Shown: positions 28,591-38,282, counted from the stretch's first letter. The stretch is DNA of 44,431 nucleotides from a virus (IMGVR_UViG_3300010376_000060:1-44431), one strand, 5' to 3'. The notes: generated by a model not told the origin, from the letters alone. A program made the numbers and translations.

Positions 28591-29880
28591 CTAGATCGCC
28601 AGCTTGGTGACGATCCGATCCCCAAGCCCTGGCGCGAGAAGCTGCTGCGTGCCGCGAATGTATTCGGTGGGCCGACCGATACCGCGCTCGTTCTGCAATA
28701 CGAAGCGCTGGATGGCACCGAACTGCTCAAGTATATCGAGCATGGCGACGAACTCCGTGTGGTCTATGTAGCGCGACATACGACGGAACATGATACCGCG
28801 TGGTACTGGATCCATACCAGCGGACATGAGTATCGTGCGCATGACTTCGACGCCGATGCCGTAGCGTGAACGCTCGCCTGCACGGCTAAATACAGCGGAG
28901 CTTGTCTTTTTCACAGCGGTAATGAGGCTGATCGCCTGCCGCATATCGTCTTGATTTATCGACCACGAGCCATCGTTGATCGCAAACATCGCAGCGGCGC
29001 GCAGGATATGAGAATCCTCGCGAGCCTCGAACGTCGATAAGAATGGATCGACCGCAGGCTCACGCGCATCGTACCACGTGCGGAAACGATGCAACGCTAA
29101 TTGGTCGATCGGCACTGCGATCCGGATGCTCGTTTTGATCGCGGTTAGTTGAGCCAACAGCCGTTCTCGTTGCGTTCCCTGGTTCGGGTCTACGGGCGCG
29201 GGCCACGCGATACGACGCTTCGGCTTGCTGGCGCATATGAACAGACAACGCGATGTGAAGCCACCCTCACTGACTACCGGGTTAACGGTCTTCAGGAGCC
29301 ACGTAGGCGTGCTGGCGGTGAGGAACGATACCCACACGTCGCGCTGTACTATCGGGCCTTCAGCCTGCGTCCCTGCCCCGTCGCGCGTGTCGTGGCAATC
29401 GTACAGATCGGTCAGCAGTGCTGGCATGTTGGCGGTGTAGCCCTCGTGCCCCATGAACGTAGCAAGCTCGCTGATCGCAATCGCCGCTTGAGCGCAGCCG
29501 TGATCCATGGTGCGCTCATGGAGCAGGCGATCCAGGCGCTCCGCTGTCATCTTGCTATTCATCAGCTTGATGGTAGTGTCGCGTAGCAGCGGGCGCGCTA
29601 GTAGCGCAGCCTCGCGGATCGCACTCGACTTGCGGACGATGCCGCTATCGCCAATCAGCGCTGCGTATAGGTTGAGGTAGACGGGAGCGCGTGGTCGCGG
29701 AACAACCACGCGCCGCCCGACTGCGCACGAGATCAACCAGAGACCCGCCCATAGGTCGAACTCGTGCGCCGTCTCCTGATCGTCCATATAGCTGAGCCAG
29801 TTGGCTAAGAACGAGCCATGTGGTAGCCTTATGCCGCTAGGCGTTCTTGCCCAGGCTTCAGTTTCGAGATCGAGGACCAT
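28591..29880 (-). CDS. DUF3987-like P-loop ATPase (putative replicative helicase)
   Basis: YLNLYAALIGDSGIVRKSSAI, ISELATF, LTDLYD, GGFTSR motifs; follows the polymerase. Confidence 0.75.
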   Translation of the reverse strand: MVLDLETEAWARTPSGIRLPHGSFLANWLSYMDDQETAHEFDLWAGLWLISCAVGRRVVVPRPRAPVYLNLYAALIGDSGIVRKSSAIREAALLARPLLRDTTIKLMNSKMTAERLDRLLHERTMDHGCAQAAIAISELATFMGHEGYTANMPALLTDLYDCHDTRDGAGTQAEGPIVQRDVWVSFLTASTPTWLLKTVNPVVSEGGFTSRCLFICASKPKRRIAWPAPVDPNQGTQRERLLAQLTAIKTSIRIAVPIDQLALHRFRTWYDAREPAVDPFLSTFEAREDSHILRAAAMFAINDGSWSINQDDMRQAISLITAVKKTSSAVFSRAGERSRYGIGVEVMRTILMSAGMDPVPRGIMFRRMSRYIDHTEFVAMLDILEQFGAIQRFVLQNERGIGRPTEYIRGTQQLLAPGLGDRIVTKLAI

Positions 29881-32348
29881 CGATGGATACCATATTCATC
29901 GGGTTGTGATACGCCTAATTCCGCAGGCACGACAAGAGGTTCAGGCAGATGCCTACCGAGCAGTCGATTGCGCACGCTGTTGATCATCAGCGGGGCTTCG
30001 GCGTGACGCTGCATGATGGAGCGAACTAACGGACCATCACTCGGACGGTTAATGGCGATATTGGCATCGTGGATATTCAGCACTATGCGAGCGTCGCGGG
30101 GCCACGCCGGATCAGAGTGACACTTATATATGACACTAGCAGTACGGTCCCCGTTTATCGACTGTGGCTCGAAAGCCACAATCGAGTCGAGTGCGGCCTC
30201 GTCATACCGCTCTAGCAACATCCACCGTCGTCCGAGACAAGTAGAAATTCGCCGGTCCCGTCGAACCAACGACACAAGATCATCCCACCACAGGACGATC
30301 TGTGGAGTGGCACTATGGTAGAGGCGATACGCCTGCTCCGCTTCCCTGATACTGAGGCCAGTAACGGTGGCAAGTTTGTCGGGTGCCATCCGGTAGTTGA
30401 GACCATGGCGGCACCGCTTTGCAACGAACCGAATGGTTCGCTCTCCATCTGGACCAATATCTGACCGTGGTACATCTTCATAGGGCACCTTGAACATAGA
30501 CGCTGCTAGCGCGCAATGTGCGTCATAGCTGCCTGGATTCAAGCGTGCAAGCTCGAATTGATGTTTCCATTCGGTGATATCTGCTAGGTAGGCGACGATG
30601 CGGGCTTCGATCTGCGCCATGTCGTAGTAGCTGAACTCGTAGCCTGGGTCCGCGACGAACATCGCTTTGGCGCGTTCGGGTATATTCTGCATGTTCAGCC
30701 CGCTGCCCCACATCGTCTGGCTACTAGACAAACGGCCCGGTGCGCTAGTCACTCCGGTTTGACGGTACTCACACCGGAATCGTTGGTCGTCGTCGAGCTT
30801 GCTGTTGGCGTAGGTAGAGGCGAACTTCGCTTCGCCAACATAGTCGTTAATTGCCGTAATAAGCGCTCTAGCTGACTCACTGGTTCGAGGATGCTTGAGC
30901 ATACGGTCTCTATTCTCCTTATCAGTTGAGTTTCCTCGTCCGACAAGCCTGAGATCGGTGAAGAACAGTCGCGAGAGATCAGGGACACTGCGAGGGTTAA
31001 ATCGGTAGTCGCTGACTCCAGTTGCCACCTGAGCCTTTGTCTGGCATATTGCTCTTGCAGCATCCACGTTCGCTGCAAGTTCTCCTGCGATTCGCTGCTT
31101 GAGTTCGTCGTCACAGAGCACGCCTCCCACTGTCATCTGCACAAGGTGCGGTTGCAATTGCATCACGTGGTTGAAGAAGAAGTCTTGCATATCCTGCTCC
31201 TTCAACTCCTTCAATAGCTCCATGGCACACATGTAGGTTACGCAGCAGTCGGTGCAGTTGTAGCGCCAGAATACATCTGCATCGTTGAGATCGCGCCACT
31301 GCTTGCCGTCGTCCTTATAGTATGGCACGTCAGTATACTGCGCCGTGAGGAAGCCGAGATCATGTGGTAGCGTTGGGTAGAGCACGTGGTGCGCGAGCAT
31401 CGTATCGAAGCAATGCGGTGCCACCTTGATGCGATCCTTATACCATAGCCACGACGCGTCGTAGTGACCGTTCTGCGTGATCAGCCCACGATGGTTACCG
31501 AGTAGTTCCTGCAATGCTAGGCGCAGGTTGCGCTCCTCGTGCAGCAGAAATCGATTGTTGCTCTGCGTCCTGAAGTTGATGCACATCGCTTCGTTGGCAC
31601 TCGGCGCTAGACCGACGCACGCGGTGTAACCAGCGATCGTCTCGATGTCGTAGGCTACGTATTGCGCATCGGCGCACCGCGTGATGTAGTCCATTGCCTC
31701 GAAGTAATCAGGATTTATATCGTAATGGAACGGAGGCGGCTTGTAGCTTCCATCACGCAGCCGTTTGAGCTTGTTCAGGTCCATCTTGAATACGATCTCG
31801 GCTTTCGGTTCGCGTAGGATGAACGCCGGGTTGTAGGTGCAGAGCACTTGCACCGCGCGCATGCCGACCGTCAGATCGAATACCGAACCACGGAAGCTGT
31901 TGATCCCTGTCTCGCCGATCAACGCCTGCATTGCATAGTTACCGAGCGCCACGATGTAGCGTAGATTGGGTAGGCGCTCGATCTCATTCCACAGGATATG
32001 CTTCCAGTGCTCAAGCTCCTGATGGCTCAGCGCGATCTTCGCTTGCTTTGGCGTAGCGTCTAGCGACTCCGCCGCGTGGACCAGCTTGCGCTTCACCGCG
32101 TTGGTGATGTAGACAGCGTTGCGCGTTATGCCCTCGCGGCGGAACGTATCCCATAGGAACTTACCACTGACACCGATCAACGGTACCTTCTGCGCAGCCT
32201 CGCGCTCGCCGGGTGCTTCGGCGATAATGGCGATGTCGCTATTGATATCGCCACCTACGCCGCAGTCGAACACCAACCCTGCTGCGGCAACCGCTGCGCT
32301 TAGTTCGTGGTTCATTTCACCGATTGATTTAACCGGCGCTATCATCAT
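29829..32348 (-). CDS. polA: Family A DNA polymerase with N-terminal UDG-family-4-like domain and 3'-5' exonuclease
   Basis: EAPGERE..PLIG.SG, ITNAVK; ExoI YDIET, ExoII QNGHYD, ExoIII YNCTD; GRLSS; motif A DMAQIEARI; B R..AK...HG..Y; C IHD. Confidence 0.95.
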   Translation of the reverse strand: MMIAPVKSIGEMNHELSAAVAAAGLVFDCGVGGDINSDIAIIAEAPGEREAAQKVPLIGVSGKFLWDTFRREGITRNAVYITNAVKRKLVHAAESLDATPKQAKIALSHQELEHWKHILWNEIERLPNLRYIVALGNYAMQALIGETGINSFRGSVFDLTVGMRAVQVLCTYNPAFILREPKAEIVFKMDLNKLKRLRDGSYKPPPFHYDINPDYFEAMDYITRCADAQYVAYDIETIAGYTACVGLAPSANEAMCINFRTQSNNRFLLHEERNLRLALQELLGNHRGLITQNGHYDASWLWYKDRIKVAPHCFDTMLAHHVLYPTLPHDLGFLTAQYTDVPYYKDDGKQWRDLNDADVFWRYNCTDCCVTYMCAMELLKELKEQDMQDFFFNHVMQLQPHLVQMTVGGVLCDDELKQRIAGELAANVDAARAICQTKAQVATGVSDYRFNPRSVPDLSRLFFTDLRLVGRGNSTDKENRDRMLKHPRTSESARALITAINDYVGEAKFASTYANSKLDDDQRFRCEYRQTGVTSAPGRLSSSQTMWGSGLNMQNIPERAKAMFVADPGYEFSYYDMAQIEARIVAYLADITEWKHQFELARLNPGSYDAHCALAASMFKVPYEDVPRSDIGPDGERTIRFVAKRCRHGLNYRMAPDKLATVTGLSIREAEQAYRLYHSATPQIVLWWDDLVSLVRRDRRISTCLGRRWMLLERYDEAALDSIVAFEPQSINGDRTASVIYKCHSDPAWPRDARIVLNIHDANIAINRPSDGPLVRSIMQRHAEAPLMINSVRNRLLGRHLPEPLVVPAELGVSQPDEYGIHRWSSISKLKPGQERLAA

Positions 32349-32359
32349 TGCAGTTCTCC

Positions 32360-33694
32360 TCAGCCTGGGAATCTGGTTGACTTAGCCAACGACACCATGT
32401 CCGTGATCACGGTGCATCGTTCGCGCGCACGCGTGACGCCTGTGTAGAAGTTGCGCCTGCTCTGTACCCACGTGGTGCTCCTATTCATGATGTAGCATAC
32501 GTGTCGATACTCGGAGCCTTGGCATTTGTGCGTCGTCAGCACGTAGGCATGGTCGATGTTGCGTCGAGGATCGCCCTCGATCACGCGACCATCTTCCTTT
32601 ACAGTAATGAGCCATGGGGGCACTGTGATAATGCGATCGCCAAGATCAATATCAACAGTGCCATCGTCATGAGCAATCTCGCAAACGATGCCCACCTCAC
32701 CATTGAACGCCGATTGCCCGGTGCCGAGGTCGTAGGTGTTGGCCGTATATACAACTTTACTACCGACTTGCACTCTGATCGGTGCTTCATCCTCACCGCT
32801 CCATGCTTTGTAGCGCGGCAACTCGATATATGGTCGATCCCGGTGCCAGAACATTGCTTGGATTACCAAGTTGAGACGTCGAGTGCCGATCCACGATTTA
32901 TTCATCGTGGTGATGATCTGGTGTTCGGCGTCGCTATAGTCTTCGTCTATTGCTAAGTGATCGCGCACGAACTTCTGGATCAGCACCACCGGTTCCGCGT
33001 CGATATGGATCGTGAAGTCATCGCGCTTCTGTGGCATCTGGCCTTTGAGTATGCGACGCGCGTTCTCGGCAATACCGCTGCCGAGTTCCTGCCGATGGTT
33101 CGTCTCCAATATAGTAGCGGGGAACTTGATTAGCGCACGCTGAAACGCGCTTGGTTGGTTATCGAGCCGCTTGTCTTCTTCAATAGGCTTCAACTGATTC
33201 ACGTCACCGAACATGCAGATACGTGCGCCAGCCTTCAGTGCGTTGATCAGGTTGCGGTGGATCTCCTCGTTGACCATCGCATATTCGTCACAGATGATCG
33301 TGTCGTATGACATCGGGAACTGCTGACGATAGCGTGGACCGGTTGATATGCGCACGAGCTTCCTACGCCCAGACCTCTCGTCCGTCTCAATGTGCTCAAG
33401 CGGCATTCCGTAGCTAAGCATTCGGTGGTTGGTCATCGCGTCCAACCCCGTTGCTTCCTTGATGCGCTTAGCTGCTTTGCCTGTTGGTGCACTTGCCTGC
33501 ACCCAATAGCCAGCATCCGTCAGGCGCTTATGTACTTCCTTGATCAGCAGCGTCTTGCCGGTACCAGCTTCGCCGGTCACCGCAACGATACGCTTGCTGA
33601 TATCGGTGCATTGTTCGATGGCAACGAGTTGCCTTGCATCCCATGTGACGGGCTTCGACAACCCGAACATGGTTTCGAGATCAGGCGTTTCCAT
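32360..33694 (-). CDS. RecD/Dda-like SF1B helicase
   Basis: GEAGTGKT, APTGKAA, DEYAMV, GDVNQL, HRQ, FNGEVG, HKCQGSEY, FYTGVTRAR. Confidence 0.93.
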   Translation of the reverse strand: METPDLETMFGLSKPVTWDARQLVAIEQCTDISKRIVAVTGEAGTGKTLLIKEVHKRLTDAGYWVQASAPTGKAAKRIKEATGLDAMTNHRMLSYGMPLEHIETDERSGRRKLVRISTGPRYRQQFPMSYDTIICDEYAMVNEEIHRNLINALKAGARICMFGDVNQLKPIEEDKRLDNQPSAFQRALIKFPATILETNHRQELGSGIAENARRILKGQMPQKRDDFTIHIDAEPVVLIQKFVRDHLAIDEDYSDAEHQIITTMNKSWIGTRRLNLVIQAMFWHRDRPYIELPRYKAWSGEDEAPIRVQVGSKVVYTANTYDLGTGQSAFNGEVGIVCEIAHDDGTVDIDLGDRIITVPPWLITVKEDGRVIEGDPRRNIDHAYVLTTHKCQGSEYRHVCYIMNRSTTWVQSRRNFYTGVTRARERCTVITDMVSLAKSTRFPG

Positions 33695-33708
33695 GGCTAT
33701 TGTTTCCC

Positions 33709-33721
33709 ATTACAATGTAAT
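33709..33721. promoter_or_regulatory. Palindromic site ATTACAATGTAAT
   Basis: 14 bp before the helicase ATG. Confidence 0.75.
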
Positions 33722-33722
33722 C

Positions 33723-33756
33723 GACACCCGGTGGCTGTCCATGACCACCGGGTGTC
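33723..33756 (-). terminator. Perfect 12-bp hairpin between genes
   Basis: GACACCCGGTGG / CCACCGGGTGTC; no U tract, abuts the palindrome. Confidence 0.5.
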
Positions 33757-33765
33757 TGGACCACG

Positions 33766-34086
33766 CTACGCGGCTGGCGTAGGCACTCGCGGTCCACGTG
33801 TTCCGGTGCCGCGACCAGCAGGCACTAGACCACGGATGTAGAAAGAGTGCGGATGATCACCGCCCTCCACCATGTCAAGCACAGTCTCGGCACTGCGCTC
33901 GATTGACACGAAGCGGACGCGCGACTTGGGAAACGGCATCGGTTCGCCATTCTCATCCAGCACCTGCAACACGAAGAACGCAGGTGTCGGCTTGGCAGCA
34001 GCACGCGGACCACCAGTACCGCGCTTGCGACGGCGCACGGTCACGAAGTTGGCGTCGTCATCCTTATTCAGTTGAGCGTCGGCCAT
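33766..34086 (-). CDS. Hypothetical basic protein (106 aa)
   Basis: AAGGA RBS, own promoter; RRRKRG patch. Confidence 0.75.
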   Translation of the reverse strand: MADAQLNKDDDANFVTVRRRKRGTGGPRAAAKPTPAFFVLQVLDENGEPMPFPKSRVRFVSIERSAETVLDMVEGGDHPHSFYIRGLVPAGRGTGTRGPRVPTPAA

Positions 34087-34116
34087 TGTTCCTTCTCTCC
34101 TTGGTTGAAACACAGC

Positions 34117-34145
34117 ACTGTAGCACGCGGCAGTCGGGATGCCAA
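34117..34145 (-). promoter_or_regulatory. Putative sigma70 promoter
   Basis: TTGGCA-17-TACAGT with extended TGn. Confidence 0.55.
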
Positions 34146-34172
34146 CTGCCACCCACTGCCGCGTGCTGGTGT

Positions 34173-34577
34173 TTACGGCGTAACGATGCGAGCGATCTGC
34201 GCGCGCACTTCGCCTTCGTAGGTATCGTGGCTAATGTCGATCAACGCCTCGCGACCGATCAAGTCAGTGAGATCGATCGACCGACTAAGCCTGCCGCCGA
34301 TAGCCTCAAGGAACTTGCGCCACCGCCAGCGCGCCATCGGTGTATCCTGCATCAGCAAGCGGTTGTAGCTGAGCGTCATCCCGTCGGGATCGCCTTCGGT
34401 GAAGTCAGCAGGATACTCAGACGCGTGAATGCGGAACTGGATGTTGGCATACTGATTGCCGCTGGTCTGCGACGTGCGCTGTTCGGCACCGATGATCTCG
34501 GCCTTATACTGGCCAACCGGTAGCGGCGGCGGTGCCGTGGCTTCGGTCAGGTCTATGCTGAACTCAAGTATTGACAT
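34173..34577 (-). CDS. DUF669-like ssDNA-binding protein
   Basis: PLPVGQYKAEI..AE...S..SGN.Y; DLIGRE..I...H..YEG. Confidence 0.75.
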   Translation of the reverse strand: MSILEFSIDLTEATAPPPLPVGQYKAEIIGAEQRTSQTSGNQYANIQFRIHASEYPADFTEGDPDGMTLSYNRLLMQDTPMARWRWRKFLEAIGGRLSRSIDLTDLIGREALIDISHDTYEGEVRAQIARIVTP

Positions 34578-34626
34578 GACGCTATCTGTCTCCTACGTAT
34601 GAACGCGTTTCCATGACTTGCAACTA

Positions 34627-34665
34627 GCCGCCGCTGCCTCTGGTAGCACTATCGGTAGCGGCGGC
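34627..34665. terminator. Intergenic GC hairpin
   Basis: GCCGCCGCTGCC / GGTAGCGGCGGC right after the ATPase stop; no U tract. Confidence 0.4.
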
Positions 34666-34668
34666 CTT

Positions 34669-35481
34669 CTACGCAGGCATCGGCAGCTTCTTGCCACCAG
34701 ACGCCTGCCATCGCTGGAACCAATCTGCTATTCCATCACCCTCCTGTGTCATTGGGTCGTAACGCCACGTGAACTCGGCTCGCGTCGCATCCCACATGCG
34801 CGTCTTCATCGGGCTACGTAGCCGACACGGACGCACAGCGATCTTGCGTTGCTTACCGTCGTCACTCATCCACCATACTTCGTTTAGCCGCAGGCCGACT
34901 TGGTTAGCGGTGCCCTCGCTCAACGACATGGTAATGCTCACCACGTTACCGCTTGGGTCGCGCTCAGCAGCCGCCTCGTGCGTCACGAAGATGATGTTCC
35001 GCTTCTGTCGCTTGGTGATAGTCATCAGCGACACAGCGGCACGTAGCACGCTAGCATTGCGCCACGTGTAGCCATGCATACCGGGCTGCTCCATACTGCT
35101 GCTCCTGTTCTTGGATACAGCTTCCTGTAACGCGCAGTATGCATATGCAGTTATGCTATCCCACACTACGGTCTCGACGTGCGGGTTGGTTACGAGATAA
35201 CGCTCGATACCGTAGGGATCGTCGGATCGGAACTTCTCGATGATTTGCAAGTACTTCTGGTCGCTAAGATCCAGGATAGTGCAATCACTGCGGGTTGTGA
35301 GCGATACGTCACCATCAGGGTCCATGAGCACGAATAGCTTGTGACCGGGTGCAGTCGCAGCCAGTGTTGTCTTACCGCAACCTGCGTCTCCCCATACCAA
35401 CATTGACAGTCGAGCATCGACAGTCGAAGTGGGCCGTAGCTGGACGCCACCCAGACTGACGACATCGCATCGCTCATTCAT
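34669..35481 (-). CDS. AAA_24 / Sak4-like ATPase
   Basis: LVWGDAGCGKTTLA, TVVWDSIT, IIFVTHE; between nuclease and SSB. Confidence 0.85.
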   Translation of the reverse strand: MNERCDVVSLGGVQLRPTSTVDARLSMLVWGDAGCGKTTLAATAPGHKLFVLMDPDGDVSLTTRSDCTILDLSDQKYLQIIEKFRSDDPYGIERYLVTNPHVETVVWDSITAYAYCALQEAVSKNRSSSMEQPGMHGYTWRNASVLRAAVSLMTITKRQKRNIIFVTHEAAAERDPSGNVVSITMSLSEGTANQVGLRLNEVWWMSDDGKQRKIAVRPCRLRSPMKTRMWDATRAEFTWRYDPMTQEGDGIADWFQRWQASGGKKLPMPA

Positions 35482-35683
35482 CTTCGCCTTCTGACTCCTC
35501 ATCGGGTTCATCGGCGGGCAACACTTCGTCTTCGAGCGTAGCAACGCGACTCGATAGCTCGTTCACCACTCTCGTCAATCCGTTGATCCTCTCGACGAAC
35601 ACAGCGAACAGGTCTTCGGGATGCTCAGCCAATTGCTTGCGGAGCAAACCATCATCGATGTGCATCATCGGTAGAACTACCAT
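35474..35683 (-). CDS. Small coiled-coil protein with acidic tail
   Basis: GGAGG RBS. Confidence 0.75.
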   Translation of the reverse strand: MVVLPMMHIDDGLLRKQLAEHPEDLFAVFVERINGLTRVVNELSSRVATLEDEVLPADEPDEESEGEDE

Positions 35684-35693
35684 TCATTCCTCC

Positions 35694-35706
35694 ATTACAT
35701 TGTAAT
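35694..35706. promoter_or_regulatory. Palindromic site ATTACATTGTAAT
   Basis: Between the nuclease stop and the GGAGG RBS of 35683. Confidence 0.75.
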
Positions 35707-36776
35707 CACTCACTCGTCTCACCGCTGTCGTCGAGCGGCGACCACGGATCGGTTATCATGTCTTCAACGATCCGATGCTGTTCCTCCGGGTCAGCATCAC
35801 AGAACGGGATTAAGCTGCACGGGCGGAAGTAACGATTGCAGCTATGAGTGAACATCGGTGCACGATACGGATCATCGCGCCATTGGTTGAACAAGCCAAC
35901 GGTGTAGTGTAGCCACGATACCCAACGCGTGATGTGGTGGTCCTCACGCGTCACGCTCGTCTTGACGTAGCCACCGTAATCGTAGCCTCGCGGCAGCGGG
36001 ATGGCAAGACCAAAAACGTCAGCGTCTCTGACTACATCTTGCGTATAAACAGACGCGGCGACGCAATATGCAGTGACCTGTGACGATGTAGCGAATGACA
36101 TTTCCCATGCATCATTCAGGCGGCTTGCAGTTTTGTTCTCGTGAACTGAGAGCCTGTCGTCGCTACCCGACTTCTTCACATGTATACCGTCGATGCGCCC
36201 CGTATGGCGGAACACCATTTCGCCAAGGCGCACTACCATATCGAATGGCCATTCGATACCAACGTCGCTCTGTGGCGAGAACGCATCGCGGACCCAGATG
36301 TAGTTATCGAAGCGCCATCGATCGATGTAGTGCAGGATCGCTTCCTCCATATTGGTTAGCGTTCGTCGCTTGTCGCGTGGCTCATCGAAGTAACCACTGG
36401 TATCGAGCACAGCGATGGCTCCGCGCTTTACGAACTCCATGAAGTCTTCAGTTGGATAGCCAGCGTCTCTTCTGATATGATCGATGCGATCAGCAGTGAA
36501 CAGCCGCGTGCCATGATGAATGAACGCTTCATTGCGAACGATCCTCGGCAACTGTTGCCACAGCGTGCATAGGCGCACCCATGAGAACGCTTGATGCATC
36601 GCCTTACCGCATTCGAGTGCAGTGTTGCGTCCTGTGAACGGCATTCGCTTATGCATCTGGTAACGCAAGATGCCCCACGTTGGGCAAGTTCCCATGGCGA
36701 CCAGCTTCGTGTTGTCGAACGCCTCTAGGTGCTGGTCCTCTGGTGTTGCTAGCCGGAACTCGGCATCAAGTCTCAT
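35706..36776 (-). CDS. PD-(D/E)XK Cas4/AddB-like exonuclease
   Basis: N-terminal CP, GKAMH, GRIDG, ENKT, QVTAY, C-terminal C..C..C cluster. Confidence 0.88.
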   Translation of the reverse strand: MRLDAEFRLATPEDQHLEAFDNTKLVAMGTCPTWGILRYQMHKRMPFTGRNTALECGKAMHQAFSWVRLCTLWQQLPRIVRNEAFIHHGTRLFTADRIDHIRRDAGYPTEDFMEFVKRGAIAVLDTSGYFDEPRDKRRTLTNMEEAILHYIDRWRFDNYIWVRDAFSPQSDVGIEWPFDMVVRLGEMVFRHTGRIDGIHVKKSGSDDRLSVHENKTASRLNDAWEMSFATSSQVTAYCVAASVYTQDVVRDADVFGLAIPLPRGYDYGGYVKTSVTREDHHITRWVSWLHYTVGLFNQWRDDPYRAPMFTHSCNRYFRPCSLIPFCDADPEEQHRIVEDMITDPWSPLDDSGETSE

Positions 36777-37011
36777 GCGGCGGCTCCCTAACAGCGCGTT
36801 GTAGTCCGTCGATGCCTTGCCGCATTCCTTCTGCGATCTGATGAAGCTCGCCTAAGTGATCGATCAGCTGATCTACCAAGTTGGTTAGCGTCTGCATGTT
36901 GCGCCATGCGACCGCATGTTCCTCAAGTAGCGGCTCCAGTGTCGCTACCACTCCTTTCTCGAAGCCATATGTGCGGATATTATCGCGCAGATCGCGCGCC
37001 TTGACCGGCAT
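36766..37011 (-). CDS. Hypothetical coiled-coil protein
   Basis: AGGAG RBS, tight packing. Confidence 0.75.
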   Translation of the reverse strand: MPVKARDLRDNIRTYGFEKGVVATLEPLLEEHAVAWRNMQTLTNLVDQLIDHLGELHQIAEGMRQGIDGLQRAVREPPHET

Positions 37012-37020
37012 GCGGTTCTC

Positions 37021-37353
37021 CTATTGGTTGCACTCGATGGCGAGCACACGCGCTTTGTGGATAAGCGCCTCGACCTTCTCCTCCTGTTCTGCAAGCTTCA
37101 CTAACGCGTTGTGAGCACGTTTATAGGCGCGCTCGAACTTCATGTAGACCACAAGCTGGGCCTCGTCGGCCTTCACCTGCGCGATAGCCTCAAGCTGGCG
37201 CACGCGCTCCAATCGGTTGTCGCGTAGGCGCGCTAGCATGTCGTCTAGTTCGTCGGTCTTCATTTGATTGATTGCGGCGCGATCAATTGGGGTATCAGCT
37301 TCGTGCTGCCCGCTGATGTCGTCGCCGTCTACCGAAGCATCGGTGCTACTCAT
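37021..37353 (-). CDS. Hypothetical coiled-coil protein
   Basis: GGGAG RBS, overlaps upstream gene. Confidence 0.75.
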   Translation of the reverse strand: MSSTDASVDGDDISGQHEADTPIDRAAINQMKTDELDDMLARLRDNRLERVRQLEAIAQVKADEAQLVVYMKFERAYKRAHNALVKLAEQEEKVEALIHKARVLAIECNQ

Positions 37354-37582
37354 GGCTGACTAGCTCCCTGATCTGACGCTTAGCGGCACGGGATGCAGCT
37401 TGGATAGTCGCTGCCTCGCCGTAATACTCGTAGACGCAAGTATACTTGACTAACCATACCCACCGTTCGTCTGGTGGTCCATTGGGATCGAAGCGCAGCA
37501 CGTATCGATGGCCCATATACATGCCGTGCTCTACTTTAGGCGATACTCGTTTACTTGTCTCCATCATGATTACGTGTCCCAT
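37346..37582 (-). CDS. Hypothetical protein (78 aa)
   Basis: AGGAG RBS. Confidence 0.75.
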   Translation of the reverse strand: MGHVIMMETSKRVSPKVEHGMYMGHRYVLRFDPNGPPDERWVWLVKYTCVYEYYGEAATIQAASRAAKRQIRELVSHE

Positions 37583-37604
37583 GTATTACTCCTACGAACA
37601 GATA

Positions 37605-37630
37605 CCCCGCTACCCTAGTGGGCAGCGGGG
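37605..37630 (-). terminator. Hairpin, probable terminator
   Basis: CCCCGCTGCCC-ACTA-GGGTAGCGGGG then TATCTGTT on -. Confidence 0.55.
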
Positions 37631-37646
37631 CACTGAAGCAAGACGG

Positions 37647-38102
37647 CTACTTGGAACTGGCACCGTTGCGGCTGCTACGGAATAGAGCACTCAGTTGATG
37701 CGGCGGCCTGTTGACCTTAGTCGCTGCCTTCCTGCACTCGTCGATGACAGCTTGCTTCACCTTGTGGATACGCAGCTGGCTCTCGAACTCATCGATGTTG
37801 ACGCTGGTTGTCGGTGTATTGACACGTAGTTGGATTTGCACCCACGCTCCATCGTGAACGATCATCTGCGTGCCGGGTTGCTCGTTGTACTGCGCGTCGA
37901 GCGTACCAGCTTCTACCGCCGCTTTCGTTGCAGCGTTCTTGCGAGCGTTCGCGATCTGCACTAACGCTGATGCAATCGCGAACTCCCACGCTGCTTCTTC
38001 CTTCGGATCGTTGGTTGGTGGCGACTGCTCGTTGCCAGTTCCCAACGCTTTGAAGGCGGAACGGACATGATCCGCAATAAGCGATGGCTTTATCGTTGCC
38101 AT
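37647..38102 (-). CDS. Hypothetical protein (151 aa)
   Basis: AAGGAG RBS before ATG 38102; own promoter and terminator. Confidence 0.8.
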   Translation of the reverse strand: MATIKPSLIADHVRSAFKALGTGNEQSPPTNDPKEEAAWEFAIASALVQIANARKNAATKAAVEAGTLDAQYNEQPGTQMIVHDGAWVQIQLRVNTPTTSVNIDEFESQLRIHKVKQAVIDECRKAATKVNRPPHQLSALFRSSRNGASSK

Positions 38103-38112
38103 GACTTGCTCC

Positions 38113-38125
38113 TTTACAATGTAAT
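38113..38125. promoter_or_regulatory. Palindromic site TTTACAATGTAAT overlapping an RBS
   Basis: On -: ATTACATTGTAAAGGAG. Confidence 0.75.
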
Positions 38126-38180
38126 GGGGTGGACCACCGGATCGCCTGCCGAAGCGATGGCCGATCTGCGATGGTCCACA

Positions 38181-38209
38181 AGTATAGCATAGTCTGCGTG
38201 CTATGTCAA
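38181..38209 (-). promoter_or_regulatory. Sigma70 promoter
   Basis: TTGACA-17-TATACT, extended TGn. Confidence 0.85.
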
Positions 38210-38282
38210 GTCGCGTTGTTAGGGCTTCTACAGTCGGGGCAGGTGCCAGCACCAATATCCTCGGGTGCTGTCTTGTTAGGTA

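Noticed and set aside
29829-32348. Modified-base (e.g. Z or hmU) genome
   Set aside because: No purZ, dNTPase, deaminase or hydroxymethylase genes were recognised
32598-32609. TTTACAGTAATG as a further palindrome copy
   Set aside because: Spacer is shorter than consensus and the site lies in helicase coding sequence; may be chance
35706-36776. CRISPR-Cas locus or mini-array
   Set aside because: The Cas4-like nuclease lies in a recombination module; no cas genes or regularly spaced repeats, and the palindromes are dispersed
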